Shown: positions 10,489 through 21,491, numbered from the stretch's first letter. The stretch: 64,000 bases of DNA from an uncultured Methylomirabilota bacterium (GCA_963845565.1 CAWJSJ010000005.1:160001-224000), one strand, 5' to 3'. Made by a program: numbers and translations. The notes: generated from the letters alone by a model not told the origin.

Positions 10489-11502
10489 AACGGCGGAAGA
10501 AGTGGGGCAGTCACGCTCGCGGATATCGCGCGCCGCGCTGGTGTGGCCCCGATCACGGCCTCCCGGGCCCTGCGTTCCAACGCCGTGGTCGCCCAGGCCA
10601 CTCGCGAGAGGGTTCTGGCCGCTGCCGCCGAGCTGGGCTACGTCCCGAACCTGTTGGCGCGCGGCTTGGTCCAGAATCGAACCGCCACGGTCGGTGTGGT
10701 GGTCCTGGAGCTCTCCAATCCGTTCTTCGTCCCCATGCTGAGCGCCGTCGAGAGCATCGCCGCCAAGCGGGATTTCTTGGTGGTGGTCGGTGAATCGAGA
10801 AGGGATGCCGACAAGGAGCGGCGGTACGTCGAGCAGTTCCAGCAGCTCCGGATCGGCGGCATCATCGTCACCACGGCGTCGCGACAGTTTGACCATCTCG
10901 CCGCGGCGCGTGCCGGGGGGACGCCCGTGGTGCTGATGGCCCGGCGCTGGGACGAGGGCGATTACGTCACCGCCGACCACGTGGAAGCTGGGCGCCTGGT
11001 GGCGGGGCATCTGCTGTCGCGCGATTATCGCCGCATCGGCTTGGTCTGGACGCACGAGCCCGAGAACACCGCCATCGAGGAGCGCATCCTGGGTGTTCGG
11101 CAGGTGTTCGCGGAAGCGGGGGTCGAGTTGCCGCCCCGATGGGACCTGCGCACCCCCACGACCCTGCTCGAGGATGGCATGGAAGCGGCCGACCGGTTTC
11201 TGTCCATGACGGACCGGCCCAGGGCGGTCTTTGTATCCACCGACCGACAGGCCATGGGGTTCGTCGAGCGCGTGGTTTCGCAGGGGGTCCGGGTCCCGGA
11301 AGACCTGGCCATCGTGGGCTATGACGACATCCCGTTCGCGGCGTGCGCCCGGGTACCGTTGACCACGGTGGCCATCCCGATGCGGCGGATGGGAGAGTTG
11401 GCGGCGGAGATTCTGTTCGACCGGCTGGACGGCTCCGCGGGGCCGGGACCGCAGCAGATCCTGCTCCAACCGGAGCTGATCGTCCGGGCCTCGAGCCCGT
11501 AG
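10474..11502 (+). CDS. LacI family transcriptional regulator (start 10474 or 10456)
   Basis: TLADIARRAGVAPITASRAL, LGYVPNLLARGL, VPEDLAIVGYDDI, PLTTV. Confidence 0.93.
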   Translation: MTALPNGGRSGAVTLADIARRAGVAPITASRALRSNAVVAQATRERVLAAAAELGYVPNLLARGLVQNRTATVGVVVLELSNPFFVPMLSAVESIAAKRDFLVVVGESRRDADKERRYVEQFQQLRIGGIIVTTASRQFDHLAAARAGGTPVVLMARRWDEGDYVTADHVEAGRLVAGHLLSRDYRRIGLVWTHEPENTAIEERILGVRQVFAEAGVELPPRWDLRTPTTLLEDGMEAADRFLSMTDRPRAVFVSTDRQAMGFVERVVSQGVRVPEDLAIVGYDDIPFAACARVPLTTVAIPMRRMGELAAEILFDRLDGSAGPGPQQILLQPELIVRASSP

Positions 11503-11642
11503 TTGATTGCTGGGCCATTTTGAGCAACCTGGGTGAGAACGGGAATTTCAAGAACCTGTTCAGAACGCCCGTACCGTTTCGACCTTCGAGGGTGCGTGCC
11601 CGATCGGAGGGCACATTACGCGGCGAAGCCGAGGAGGGTGCC

Positions 11643-12950
11643 ATGCGGAAGATGACGCGCCGGCTGGTGTCGTTCGTTTGTGCAATGGGGCTTCTGATCG
11701 GCGGGGTCGCCCAGGCCGCCCAGCTCAACTGGTGGAGCCACTGGCCGGTCGAGGACAGCAAGAAGTCGGTCCTCTTCGAGGCCAAGAAGCGGTTCGAGGC
11801 CAAGAACCCGGGAAGCACGGTCACCATCACATTCTACGAGAAGAAGAATATGTGGCCGCCGCTCCGTGCGGCGTTCACCGCCGGCTCGGGCTTCCCGGAC
11901 GTCTTTTACTACGACGTCGACGTCCCGGAGTTCATCCCGGCGGGATGGCTGGCGGATCTTTCCCAGGGGATCCGCTGGGAGAACATCGAAGGATACGGCA
12001 AGGCCTTCTGGACGCTGCCCGGGCAAGGCGGAAAGATGGGGACGTGGGCCATCCCCGTCGAGGCGGCCTCGGACGAGATCTACTACAACAAGAAACTCTT
12101 CAAGCAGCTCGGCATCAACCCGCCGGCGAACTTCGCCTTCACCCAGGACGAATTCAAGGAGGTCGTCGCCAAGTGCGTCAAGGGTGGCTTCGCGGCCTTC
12201 GCCACGGGTGCGGCGGACCGGGAATGGGCGGCGATGTACATCCCGAACGCGCTGCTCTTGAGCAAGCTCGGGTACGATGATCTCACCAAGCTCATCAAGG
12301 GCGAGCTGTCCTGGAAAGACCCGCGAGTCCTTGAGGTTTTCCGCTATTACAGGGAGTTGATCGACGCCGGGGCGTACGCCAAGACGCTGACCAGCATGAC
12401 GCTGGCGGATGCGCACCGCTTCTTCCATACCGAGCAGAAGGCCTGCATGTTCCCGGTCGGCTCCTGGTACACGGGGCGCGCCTTCGTGCCGCCGGACAAA
12501 GGCGGCCAGCCCAAGGACTTCGAGTTGGGTTTGCTCAACAACCCCCTGATGAAGGACGGCAAGGGCCACGGGCAGAAGTTCTTGGGCGTCGCCGGCTCCC
12601 TGGCGGTGGCGGCGAAGAGCCCGAATCTCCCCCTGGCCATCAAGGTGGCGGATGCGTTTGCGGACGTGGAGATCGGCAACATGTGGATGGCCAGGACCGG
12701 CGTTCAGACCGGGATCAAGACCGATCCGGCAAAGATCGACTCCCCGAACAAGTGGTACTTCGAAGAGTACGGGAAGGTGAACAAGGCCACCACGTTCGTC
12801 AACTTCACGGCCCAGAATATCAAGGCGGTGATGAAGCCCGGCCTGTGGGAGGCCTACGTGGCCATGGTCAACCAGGGGATGCCGAACAAGCTGGTCGGTC
12901 CGGATGAGGCGATGGCCAAGATGGAAGACGCACGCGCGAAGGGGAAGTAG
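11643..12950 (+). CDS. Carbohydrate-type ABC transporter substrate-binding protein
   Basis: Signal peptide, GxxPDVF, YYNKKLF; GGAGGG RBS; followed by two permeases. Confidence 0.88.
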   Translation: MRKMTRRLVSFVCAMGLLIGGVAQAAQLNWWSHWPVEDSKKSVLFEAKKRFEAKNPGSTVTITFYEKKNMWPPLRAAFTAGSGFPDVFYYDVDVPEFIPAGWLADLSQGIRWENIEGYGKAFWTLPGQGGKMGTWAIPVEAASDEIYYNKKLFKQLGINPPANFAFTQDEFKEVVAKCVKGGFAAFATGAADREWAAMYIPNALLLSKLGYDDLTKLIKGELSWKDPRVLEVFRYYRELIDAGAYAKTLTSMTLADAHRFFHTEQKACMFPVGSWYTGRAFVPPDKGGQPKDFELGLLNNPLMKDGKGHGQKFLGVAGSLAVAAKSPNLPLAIKVADAFADVEIGNMWMARTGVQTGIKTDPAKIDSPNKWYFEEYGKVNKATTFVNFTAQNIKAVMKPGLWEAYVAMVNQGMPNKLVGPDEAMAKMEDARAKGK

Positions 12951-13085
12951 GCAGGCAGGGGCTGGGCGTTTGGGATTGGGTGTTCGGGAGCGGGGGCCAA
13001 GCGATCGCATGCCCCCGCTCCTGCTTCCCACCTCGACTCTCCACCCCAAATCCCTAACCCCGAATCCCTGACCCCGGATATCCTC

Positions 13086-14025
13086 ATGCCGACGGATCAC
13101 GCCAATTCGCCGGGCGGTCTCACGCCGACTCGAGCCGGTCGGCCGTGGGGGAGCATCCTGCTCTTCGTAGGCCCCGCGCTCGGCTTCTATTTGGCCTTCA
13201 TCATCTATCCCGTGCTCGTCACCTTCTACAACAGCGTTCACACCCTCCGGATGGACCTGGGGATGACGTACGATTTCGTCGGGCTTCAGCACTTCAGGGA
13301 GATCCTGAGCGAGGACGACATCTTCTGGCGGGCGGCGCGCAATACCATGACGTGGGCTGTCGTCGCACCCATCGTCGACATCCCGCTGGCGCTCGTTCTG
13401 GCTTTCATCCTGCACAGCAAGGTGCCCTTCTCCCGGTTCTTTCGGACTGTGTGGTTCACGCCATTGCTCATGTCGTATCCCGTGGTCGGCGTCATCTGGC
13501 TGTGGGTCTACAATTACGACTGGGGAATGGCGAATCTGACTCTGCGAGTCCTTGGCCTCGGCGAGTATGCCCAGGCCTGGCTCGCCAGCCCCACCACGGC
13601 CCTGCCGGCCCTGATCCTGGTGACTACCTGGATGTTTGCGGGTTTCAACCTGGTGGTCATGCTGGCGGCGATCCACGCCATCCCCATGGAGTACATCGAG
13701 GCGGCCCGGGTGGACGGCGCCGGTCCCTGGCACCGGCTCTTCTACATCATCGTCCCGCTGCTGCGGCCCACCATGGTGAATCTGGCCATCCTGGATGTTA
13801 TCGGAAAGATGAAGCAGTTCGCCTTGGTCTGGGTGATGACGCGGGGCGGCCCCATGTGGGGGACCGAAACCGTCGCGACCTATGTCATCAAGCGGGCCTT
13901 CGAGTGGAAGACCCTCGACCTAGGCTATCCCTCGGCAATCGCGGTGCTCTGGTTCATCATTATCTTCGGGTCTATCGGTCGGGCTCACCCGATTCCTGCA
14001 GCGCCGCGAGGCCCTGGAGTTCTGA
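13086..14025 (+). CDS. Carbohydrate ABC permease 1; a +1 frameshift at ~13970 artificially fuses it to the next gene
   Basis: EAARVDGA EAA motif; the shifted frame gives ...LSVGLTRFLQRREALEF-TGA(14023-25), overlapping the next ATG (TGATG). Confidence 0.85.
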
Positions 14026-14855
14026 TGCGCGCCAAAGCGACCAAGGCCCTCCTGATGCTGCCGGTCCTGCTGTACACCTTCTTCTCGGCGGGGCCGTATC
14101 TGTGGACCGCGATGATGTCGCTCCGGACGACCGACGAGATCTACAAGAGCCACTACGGTCTGCCGATCCCGCCCCATTTCTGGAAATTCTACACGGCCTG
14201 GACCGAATTCGGCTACGCGACCTACTTCAAGAACAGCGCCATCGTGACCGTGGCGGCCGTCGTCATCATCACCCTGGTCGGCTCCATGGCCGGGTACGGC
14301 TTCGCGCGGCGGCGCTTCGCCTTCCCTCTGCGGGAACCGCTCTTTCTCCTCCTCTTCCTCTCGATCATGTTTCCGCCCCAGATCATGATCTTGTCCTTGT
14401 TCCAGATCCTCATCAAGTACGGCCTCTTCAACACCCTGGTGGGACTCATCCTGGTCTACGTGGCCACGGAGTTGCCGGTGACGATCTATCTCCTGCGCGC
14501 CTTCTTTGCCCAGATCCCAGTGGAACTGGAGGAGGCCGCGCGCATCGACGGCTGTACCGACTGGAGCATGTTCTGGCGCGTCATGTTTCCCATCGCCCGC
14601 CCGGCGGTGGCGACCACCATGATTCTGAACTTCATCTATTTCTGGAACGAGTTCCTGTACGCGGTGGTGTTCATCACCAAGCAGGAGATCCGGACGCTGC
14701 CTCTGGCCGTTCAGTTTCTGGTGAGCGATCAGTTCTTCGACATCGGCATGCTGGCGACCGGGCTGATGATCGCGACACTGCCGGTCCTGGTCATGTATTT
14801 GTTCCTGTCCGAGTGGTTCGTCAAGGGCATGACCGCCGGCGCCGTAAAAGGATAG
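14025..14855 (+). CDS. Carbohydrate ABC permease 2
   Basis: ELEEAARIDG, WNEFL, KGMTAGAVKG C-terminus. Confidence 0.9.
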   Translation: MRAKATKALLMLPVLLYTFFSAGPYLWTAMMSLRTTDEIYKSHYGLPIPPHFWKFYTAWTEFGYATYFKNSAIVTVAAVVIITLVGSMAGYGFARRRFAFPLREPLFLLLFLSIMFPPQIMILSLFQILIKYGLFNTLVGLILVYVATELPVTIYLLRAFFAQIPVELEEAARIDGCTDWSMFWRVMFPIARPAVATTMILNFIYFWNEFLYAVVFITKQEIRTLPLAVQFLVSDQFFDIGMLATGLMIATLPVLVMYLFLSEWFVKGMTAGAVKG

Positions 14856-14955
14856 GACGTCCATTGGTCGACTCGTCAAATGGTCAACTGGGTAATCGCG
14901 GAAGTGCCAATTGACTAATTGACCAGTTGACAACTCGACTTGCGGGGAGGGGCGC

Positions 14956-15918
14956 ATGGGCTGCAACGTGGTTTACTGGAATCGCGCGACCGAGGACGTG
15001 TACGATGTAATCCGCGGCCAGATGCCGGCGGGCTGGAGGCTGGTCACGCTGGCCGGTGACGCGAAAGCGGAGTGGCATGCCCAGATCCGCGATGTCGACT
15101 TCATGCTTGTGGCCGACTGGGCCGTTACCGAAGAGACCCTGGCGGCCGCCCCACGACTCAGGATGGTGCAACACCAGGGGGTGGGCCACGAACGAATCGA
15201 CAAGCAGGCCCTGAAAGCCCGCGGCATCCCGCTGGCGCTGTGCCCGGCGGGGACGACCATCGGGGTCGCCGAGCACACCATGCTCCTGATCCTGGCGGTG
15301 TACAAGCGACTGGTGGTGGCCGACACCAAGATGCGGCAGGGGACCTGGCTCCAGTGGGGGCTTCGCTCCACGTCCTTCGAGCTGTGCGGCAAGACGCTTG
15401 GCCTGGTGGGGTTCGGCCGGATCGGACAGGCGGTGGCCAAGCGGGCGCATGCGTTCGATGCCAAGATTCTGTATCACGACGCTTTCATTCCCGCGCCCCC
15501 GGCCGAGGCGAAAGCCTGGGGAGTGGAACCCGTGAGCCTGGACGATCTTCTCCGTCGGTCGGACATCGTGAGCATCCACGTACCCACGACCGACGAGACC
15601 CGCAAGTTCATGAACGCGGAGCGTTTCGCCCAGATGAAACGCTCGGCGGTCTTCATCAACACCTCCCGGGGCGCGGTGGTGAACGAACCGGACATGGTGA
15701 AGGCCCTGCAGGACCACATGATCGCCGCGGCGGGCCTGGACGTGTTCGAGAAGGAGCCCATCAACGCGGACAACCCGCTCCTACGCATGGACAATGTGGT
15801 ACTCACGCCGCACATCTCTGCCGGGACGGTGGATGCCCTGATGGAGAAGATGCGCTCGGTTTTTGACAACCTCCAACGGTTCGTCGCGGGCGATGCCATC
15901 CGGGACCGGGTTATCTAG
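14956..15918 (+). CDS. D-isomer-specific 2-hydroxyacid dehydrogenase
   Basis: VAEH, GFGRIG, INTSRG, LDVFEKEP, TPH. Confidence 0.92.
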   Translation: MGCNVVYWNRATEDVYDVIRGQMPAGWRLVTLAGDAKAEWHAQIRDVDFMLVADWAVTEETLAAAPRLRMVQHQGVGHERIDKQALKARGIPLALCPAGTTIGVAEHTMLLILAVYKRLVVADTKMRQGTWLQWGLRSTSFELCGKTLGLVGFGRIGQAVAKRAHAFDAKILYHDAFIPAPPAEAKAWGVEPVSLDDLLRRSDIVSIHVPTTDETRKFMNAERFAQMKRSAVFINTSRGAVVNEPDMVKALQDHMIAAAGLDVFEKEPINADNPLLRMDNVVLTPHISAGTVDALMEKMRSVFDNLQRFVAGDAIRDRVI

Positions 15919-15966
15919 CGTTTTCCGGGTACGAAAAACGCAACCGTTTCAACAAGGAGAGGAAGT

Positions 15967-16686
15967 ATGGCTGCACAGCCAACCCTGAAAGACATCGTCG
16001 CGCGGTACCAGAAGCTCGATTCCGCCCTGATCTACGACACGCTGGACGCCATGGGGTTGCCGCAGCAGCAGCTCGACTTGGCGATCGCGCCGCTCGACGT
16101 CAACATGGTCGTGGCGGGCCCGGCGTTCACCTCGAAGTGGGTCGTGAGCGAGGAGACCAAGAAGGTCGCGTCACCGCGGCTGGAGGTTCGCTGCAACAGC
16201 TATCAGATGCTGAAGGAGATGACCCCGGGCTGCGTGTACGTCGAAGACGTGGGGAACGATCCCGTCTCGGGTGGTTTGGGCGAGAACCTCGGGATCTCGG
16301 TGAAGCTCGCCGGGGCGACCGGCGTGGTCTGCGACGGGGGGACGCGGGATCGGAAGGCGCTCGTCGCTATGGAATTTCCGGTCTTCTCGCGGTTCAGCTC
16401 CTGCACGTTCAGCTGGGGGCGGCGCCGATTCATCGACTGCCAGATTCCGGTGCGGCTGTCCGGCCATGTGTCCAGGTGGGTCACGGCGAATCCGGGCGAC
16501 TTCATCTTTGGTGACTGCGACGGGATCCTAGTGATTCCCAAGGCCCTTACCGTGGAGGTCTTGGAGGGTGCGGAAAAGGTGGCCGAAATCGAAGAAGATC
16601 AGCGGAAACGACTCCTCGCCGGCGAGGAGCGTGAGCAGGTGTACAAGGTGAACCGTTATGCACACATCCGACGGGTGGTGGCATAG
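15967..16686 (+). CDS. RraA/HMG-aldolase family protein
   Basis: DTLD, AGPAFT, GVVCDGGTRD, PGDFIFGDCDG. Confidence 0.85.
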   Translation: MAAQPTLKDIVARYQKLDSALIYDTLDAMGLPQQQLDLAIAPLDVNMVVAGPAFTSKWVVSEETKKVASPRLEVRCNSYQMLKEMTPGCVYVEDVGNDPVSGGLGENLGISVKLAGATGVVCDGGTRDRKALVAMEFPVFSRFSSCTFSWGRRRFIDCQIPVRLSGHVSRWVTANPGDFIFGDCDGILVIPKALTVEVLEGAEKVAEIEEDQRKRLLAGEEREQVYKVNRYAHIRRVVA

Positions 16687-16904
16687 GGGGGCTGTCACCG
16701 GGTCGGTTTTCCGTCGGGGCAAACCGCCTGGGACTGCCGATGGCGGACGATAGCAATGGCTGACGGTTGACCAAAACGCACACTCGTGGGAGGATACGTC
16801 GAATCGCACCCGGGCTAGACGGTCGGCTGGGGGCGGAAGGAGGAGAAAGGTAACCGTGCGGTGAACTCGCGTGAGGCGGGACGCCGACACAACAAGGAGG
16901 AGTC

Positions 16905-17906
16905 ATGCCACACTTCGTAGGGGCTCGCGCCGTCGCCGCCCTGGCGATTCTCGGCGCGGCCCTGGGGGTGCTGGCCTTGGCGGCGGACATCCGCGCGGCG
17001 GAGTTCGACCTGGTCGAGGCGCACACCACGACGCCGGAACACCCGTACACGCTGGGGATGGTCCGGTACGCCCAACTGGTCCGCGAGCGGACGCAGGGGC
17101 GGGTTGCCATCCAGATCCATCATTCCCGACAGCTTGGGGACGAGCGGCAGGTCGTCGAAGGCTTGCAGCTCGGCACCGTGCACCTGACGGTCACCTCCAC
17201 GGGACCGCTGGGCGGCTTTGTGCCCGAGATGAACGCCCTGGATCTTCCGTTTCTCTTCCGTGACGCTGCCCATGCCTACAAGGTCCTGGACGGGGAGATC
17301 GGCCGAGAGCTTCTCGCGAAGTTCGAGGCGGTCGGCATCAAGGGGCTCGCGTTCTGGGAGAACGGCTTCCGGCATATCACGACCGGCAAGAAGCTGATCG
17401 AGCGCCCCGCGGATCTGAAGGGACTCAAGATCCGGGTCATGGAGAACCGTGTCCACCAGGCGGCCTTCCGCCAGCTTGGCGCCGATGCCACGCCGATGGC
17501 CTGGGGCGAGGTGTTCACGTCGCTCCAGCAAGGGCTGCTGGACGCCCAGGAGAACCCAATTCCCATCGTTTCCACCTTCAAGTTGTACGAAGTGCAGAAG
17601 TACCTGAGCCTCACGGGCCACGTGTATTCCCCGGCGCCAGTTCTCATGAGCAAGAAGACATGGGATCGGATGCCGCCTGATATCCAGAAAGTCCTGTTGG
17701 ACACGGCGATGGAGGTGGCGAAGGTCCAGCGGCAGCTCAACCGGGGACAGGAGGAGAAACAACTCGGAGAACTTCGTGCCAAGGGAATGACAGTCATCGA
17801 GCACCCGGACCGGGCCGCGTTCCGGGAGGCGATGAAGCCGGTGTTCGAGCAGTTCCAGGGGCAGTTTGCCAAGGGCCTCGTCCAGCGTATCGTCGATACG
17901 AAATAA
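16905..17906 (+). CDS. dctP: TRAP transporter substrate-binding protein
   Basis: Signal peptide, WENGFR, DLKGLKIRV, LQQGLLDAQENP. Confidence 0.93.
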   Translation: MPHFVGARAVAALAILGAALGVLALAADIRAAEFDLVEAHTTTPEHPYTLGMVRYAQLVRERTQGRVAIQIHHSRQLGDERQVVEGLQLGTVHLTVTSTGPLGGFVPEMNALDLPFLFRDAAHAYKVLDGEIGRELLAKFEAVGIKGLAFWENGFRHITTGKKLIERPADLKGLKIRVMENRVHQAAFRQLGADATPMAWGEVFTSLQQGLLDAQENPIPIVSTFKLYEVQKYLSLTGHVYSPAPVLMSKKTWDRMPPDIQKVLLDTAMEVAKVQRQLNRGQEEKQLGELRAKGMTVIEHPDRAAFREAMKPVFEQFQGQFAKGLVQRIVDTK

Positions 17907-17934
17907 GGCAGCGCTTGAGGGCGAGGCCCCGCCG

Positions 17935-18426
17935 ATGTTTGACCTGCTGAGTCGAGAGCTGAACCGCCTGGCCGAATGGGCCATGGCCGTTTTGTTGGCG
18001 GCATTGACCCTCCTCGTTGGTGCCCAGATCGCGGGGCGCTTCCTCTTCGCCTATTCCATCTTTTGGTCGGACGAGCTGGCCCGTTTCCTCCTCGTCTGGG
18101 CTGCATTTCTTGGCATGAGCGTCGGGGTCCGTCGTGGGGCCCACCCCGCCGTGGACGGCCTCGTGCGCGGCCTACGCCCCAGGGGGGCCCGCGTGGCGTT
18201 CGGGGCGGCCGTGGCATGTTCGCTGCTTTTCTTTCTCGTGATGGTCGGTTACGGCACGGTCCTCGTGCAGCGGACCTGGCTCCAGCGCTCTCCGAGCCTC
18301 GGGCTCCGGATGGGTCTGCCCTATCTGGCCGTCCCGGTGGCCGGAATCCTTATGGGCCTTCACACGATCGCGATTGCCCTGAGGGGGGCGGCGGCCGACA
18401 GACGGACGGGAGGCTTGGATGGCTAG
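17935..18426 (+). CDS. dctQ: TRAP transporter small permease
   Basis: WSDELARF, H-x-x-VD, four TM segments. Confidence 0.88.
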   Translation: MFDLLSRELNRLAEWAMAVLLAALTLLVGAQIAGRFLFAYSIFWSDELARFLLVWAAFLGMSVGVRRGAHPAVDGLVRGLRPRGARVAFGAAVACSLLFFLVMVGYGTVLVQRTWLQRSPSLGLRMGLPYLAVPVAGILMGLHTIAIALRGAAADRRTGGLDG

Positions 18427-19702
18427 CCTCCTCTTGGTTGGCATTCTTCTCGGACTCCTAGCGATCAACGTGCCCGTCGCGGTCACCTTTGGCGTGACGG
18501 CGGCCCTCTTCCTCGCGCTGCTTACGGACGTCCCGCTCACACTGATCCCCCAGCAGATGTTCGGGGGCACGGACTCCACCGTGCTCCAGGCGGTGCCGTT
18601 CTTCCTGCTGGCCGGCGCCTTGATGGACAAGGGCGGCATCTCGCGGCGGTTGGTCAATTTCGCCAACGTCCTGGTCGGATGGGTCACCGGGGGGCTGGCC
18701 ATGGTGTCGGTGGTGGCCAGCATGTTCTTCGCCGGTATCTCCGGCTCTGCCGCGGCGGATTCGGCGGCCGTCGGGTCCGTGATGATCCCCGCCATGGAGC
18801 GGAAGGGGTACGCCAAGGACTTTGCCGCGGCGCTCATCGCCTGCGCCGGTACCATCGGGACCATGATCCCGCCCAGCATCCCGATGATCATCTACGGCGT
18901 GACTACCGGGACGTCGATCGGCGGCCTCTTCATCGCGGGTGTGGTTCCAGGCGTGCTCATGGGGCTGGCCTTGATGGCGCACGCCTACGCCGTGAGCCGG
19001 CGGCGAGGCTACAGCGGGCTGGCGCTCCCCTCGGCCCGTGAAGCATGGGTGGCCTTCCGCGAGGCGCTCCTCACGCTCCTCATGCCGATCCTCGTCGTGG
19101 GCGGGATCCTGGGTGGGGTCTTCACGCCGACCGAGGCGGCGGCGATCGCGGTGTTCTATAGCCTGCTCCTCGGCGGGCTGGTGTACCGGGAGCTCACGTG
19201 GTCGCACCTGCCGGAGATTCTCGTAACGACGGGTGTGGGCACCGGCGTGGTGATGTTCCTCATCGCCACCTCGACCGCGTACGGGTGGATCTTGGCGCGG
19301 CAGGGCATCCCGCTGGCCCTGGCCAATTCCTTCACCGGGATGACGGAAAACCCCTGGGTATTCTTGCTGCTCGCCAACCTCTTGCTGCTGGTGGTCGGGA
19401 CGGTGATGGAGACGGTGCCCGCCATCATCATCTTCGCTCCGGTCTTGCTCCCGCTGGCCAAACGGCTCGACGTGGATCCGGTCTTCTTCGGGGTGCTCAT
19501 GGTCGTGAACCTCTCCATCGGCCTGGCGTCGCCCCCCTCGGGCGCCACGCTCTTCGTCTCGACGGCGATCGCCAACGAGCCGCTCGAGCGCGTCTGTCGC
19601 GCGGTGTGGCCGTTATTCTTCTCGATGGTCGGCATCCTGCTGCTGATCACCCTGGTCCCACCGCTGGCCATGTGGCTGCCCGGTATGGTTTACGGGCGTT
19701 GA
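18419..19702 (+). CDS. dctM: TRAP transporter large permease
   Basis: AVPFFLLAG, ISGSAAAD, IPPSIP, FTPTEAA. Confidence 0.93.
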   Translation: MASLLLVGILLGLLAINVPVAVTFGVTAALFLALLTDVPLTLIPQQMFGGTDSTVLQAVPFFLLAGALMDKGGISRRLVNFANVLVGWVTGGLAMVSVVASMFFAGISGSAAADSAAVGSVMIPAMERKGYAKDFAAALIACAGTIGTMIPPSIPMIIYGVTTGTSIGGLFIAGVVPGVLMGLALMAHAYAVSRRRGYSGLALPSAREAWVAFREALLTLLMPILVVGGILGGVFTPTEAAAIAVFYSLLLGGLVYRELTWSHLPEILVTTGVGTGVVMFLIATSTAYGWILARQGIPLALANSFTGMTENPWVFLLLANLLLLVVGTVMETVPAIIIFAPVLLPLAKRLDVDPVFFGVLMVVNLSIGLASPPSGATLFVSTAIANEPLERVCRAVWPLFFSMVGILLLITLVPPLAMWLPGMVYGR

Positions 19703-19774
19703 TGCCGAGGCCGGCGCCGAGGCTCCCCGCGCGGAGGCCGGAAGCCGCAACGGCTCTTCAGGAGGAACGCCCCA

Positions 19775-20938
19775 ATGACGATTCAACCCATCGGCATCAT
19801 TCTGAACGGCGTGACCGGGCGCATGGGTACCAATCAGCATCTGGTACGGTCCATCCTGGCGATCCGGACGCAGGGCGGCGTCAAGGTGTCGGACGACCTG
19901 GCCCTGATGCCGGAACCGATCCTGGTCGGGCGGAACGAGGCCAAGCTCCGGGCGCTGGCGGAACAACATGGCGAGCCGGGTCATCCGTTGACGTGGACCA
20001 CGGATCTCGATCGTGCGCTGGCGGACCCCCGCTCCGCCGTGTTCTTCGACGCCTCGGGAACGCTGCAACGGGTCGAGTTCGTCGAGCGGGCGGTGAAGGC
20101 GCGGAAGGCGATCTACTGCGAGAAGCCCACGGCCACGACCACGGCCGAGGCGCTCCGACTGGCGAGGTTGTGCGAGGAGGCTGGTCTCAAGAACGGCGTG
20201 GTGCAGGACAAGCTGTGGCTCCCCGGCTTCCGAAAGCTCCAGGCACTGAAGGAGCAGGGGTTCTTCGGGCGGATCCTGTCCGTCCGGGGAGAATTCGGCT
20301 ACTGGGTGTTCGACGGATTCGCGAGCGAGCAGCCACCGCAGCGGCCGTCCTGGAACTATCGGACCGAAGATGGAGGCGGCATCGCCCTGGACATGCTCTG
20401 CCACTGGCGATACGTGCTGGACAACCTGTTTGGCGCGGTGCGGTCGGTGAGCTGCCTCGGTGCGACCCACGTTCCGGAACGGATGGACGAGAACGGCAGA
20501 CCCTATCGGTGCACCGCCGACGATGCGGCCTACGCCACGTTCCTGCTGGATAACGGCATCGTGTGTCACTTCAACAGTTCGTGGTGCGTGCGGGTGCGGC
20601 GGGACGATCTCTTGACGCTGCAGGTGGACGGTACCCACGGCACGGCGGTGGTGGGCCTGCGCAAGTGCTGGATCCAGTCCGCCGGCGCGACGCCGCGCCC
20701 GATCTGGAACCCGGACGTGGACCAGCCGCTGGACTTCTATCGGAGCTGGACCGAGGTGCCGGACGCCTGCGCCTACGACAATGCCTTCAAGGTCCAGTGG
20801 GAGCTGTTCCTGCGCCACGTGGCGCTCGACGAGCCCTTCCGCTGGACGCTGCGCGAGGGGGCCAAGGGCGTGCAGCTTGCCGAGGCCGGCCTCACCTCTT
20901 GGCGCGAGCGCCGCTGGGTGGATATCGAGCCGCTGTAG
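19775..20938 (+). CDS. Gfo/Idh/MocA family oxidoreductase
   Basis: NGVTGRMG, YCEKP, GVVQDKL, RPSWNYR, DMLCHW. Confidence 0.9.
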   Translation: MTIQPIGIILNGVTGRMGTNQHLVRSILAIRTQGGVKVSDDLALMPEPILVGRNEAKLRALAEQHGEPGHPLTWTTDLDRALADPRSAVFFDASGTLQRVEFVERAVKARKAIYCEKPTATTTAEALRLARLCEEAGLKNGVVQDKLWLPGFRKLQALKEQGFFGRILSVRGEFGYWVFDGFASEQPPQRPSWNYRTEDGGGIALDMLCHWRYVLDNLFGAVRSVSCLGATHVPERMDENGRPYRCTADDAAYATFLLDNGIVCHFNSSWCVRVRRDDLLTLQVDGTHGTAVVGLRKCWIQSAGATPRPIWNPDVDQPLDFYRSWTEVPDACAYDNAFKVQWELFLRHVALDEPFRWTLREGAKGVQLAEAGLTSWRERRWVDIEPL

Positions 20939-21110
20939 AGAGGCAATTGGGCAATTGGTCAACTGGTCAATTCGTCGAGAAGTCGATTGGGGAAGAACAA
21001 AGGCCAGACGTCAAGGACAGAGAACACAGAGGAGTGGGGCGCGGACGGCGGATAGGGAACACCGTGCCGCAGGACAATTCGGCGAGGCAGGCCAGAAAAT
21101 AGGGGGAGTG

Positions 21111-21473
21111 ATGGCGAAGAACGTGCTGGGCGGTGATTTGAAATCGTGTTGCGTCTCGCCGATGACGGGCTTCCACCGGGATGGATTCTGTCAAATCGGT
21201 CCCGGCGATCTTGGGGTCCACGTGGTCTGCGCGCAGATGACGGACCGATTCCTGGCCTTTACCAGCCGGCAAGGGAACGACCTGTCCACGCCCATGCCAG
21301 ACCATGGTTTCCCCGGCCTGAAGCCCGGCGACCGGTGGTGTCTGTGCGCCATGCGTTGGAAGGAGGCGATGGACGCGGGCGTAGCGCCTCCGGTAATCCT
21401 GGAGGCGACGCATATTGCGGCCCTGGAGTTCGTCAGCCTGGAAGACCTGAAGGCTAAAGCTCTCGCGGCATAG
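21111..21473 (+). CDS. DUF2237 family protein
   Basis: NVLG..CC..PMTGFHRDGFC, GNDLSTP, PGDRWCLCAMRW. Confidence 0.9.
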   Translation: MAKNVLGGDLKSCCVSPMTGFHRDGFCQIGPGDLGVHVVCAQMTDRFLAFTSRQGNDLSTPMPDHGFPGLKPGDRWCLCAMRWKEAMDAGVAPPVILEATHIAALEFVSLEDLKAKALAA

Positions 21474-21491
21474 GCCGCGCGCGTTGCACCC

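Noticed and set aside
13086..14855. Apparent fused double ABC permease (589 aa)
   Set aside because: One extra base at ~13970; the corrected frame ends in a TGATG stop/start overlap typical of two genes
16690..16900. GGCAAACC / CGCCTGGG words resembling c-di-GMP-I or ZTP riboswitches before dctP
   Set aside because: The remaining conserved elements and pairings are not found
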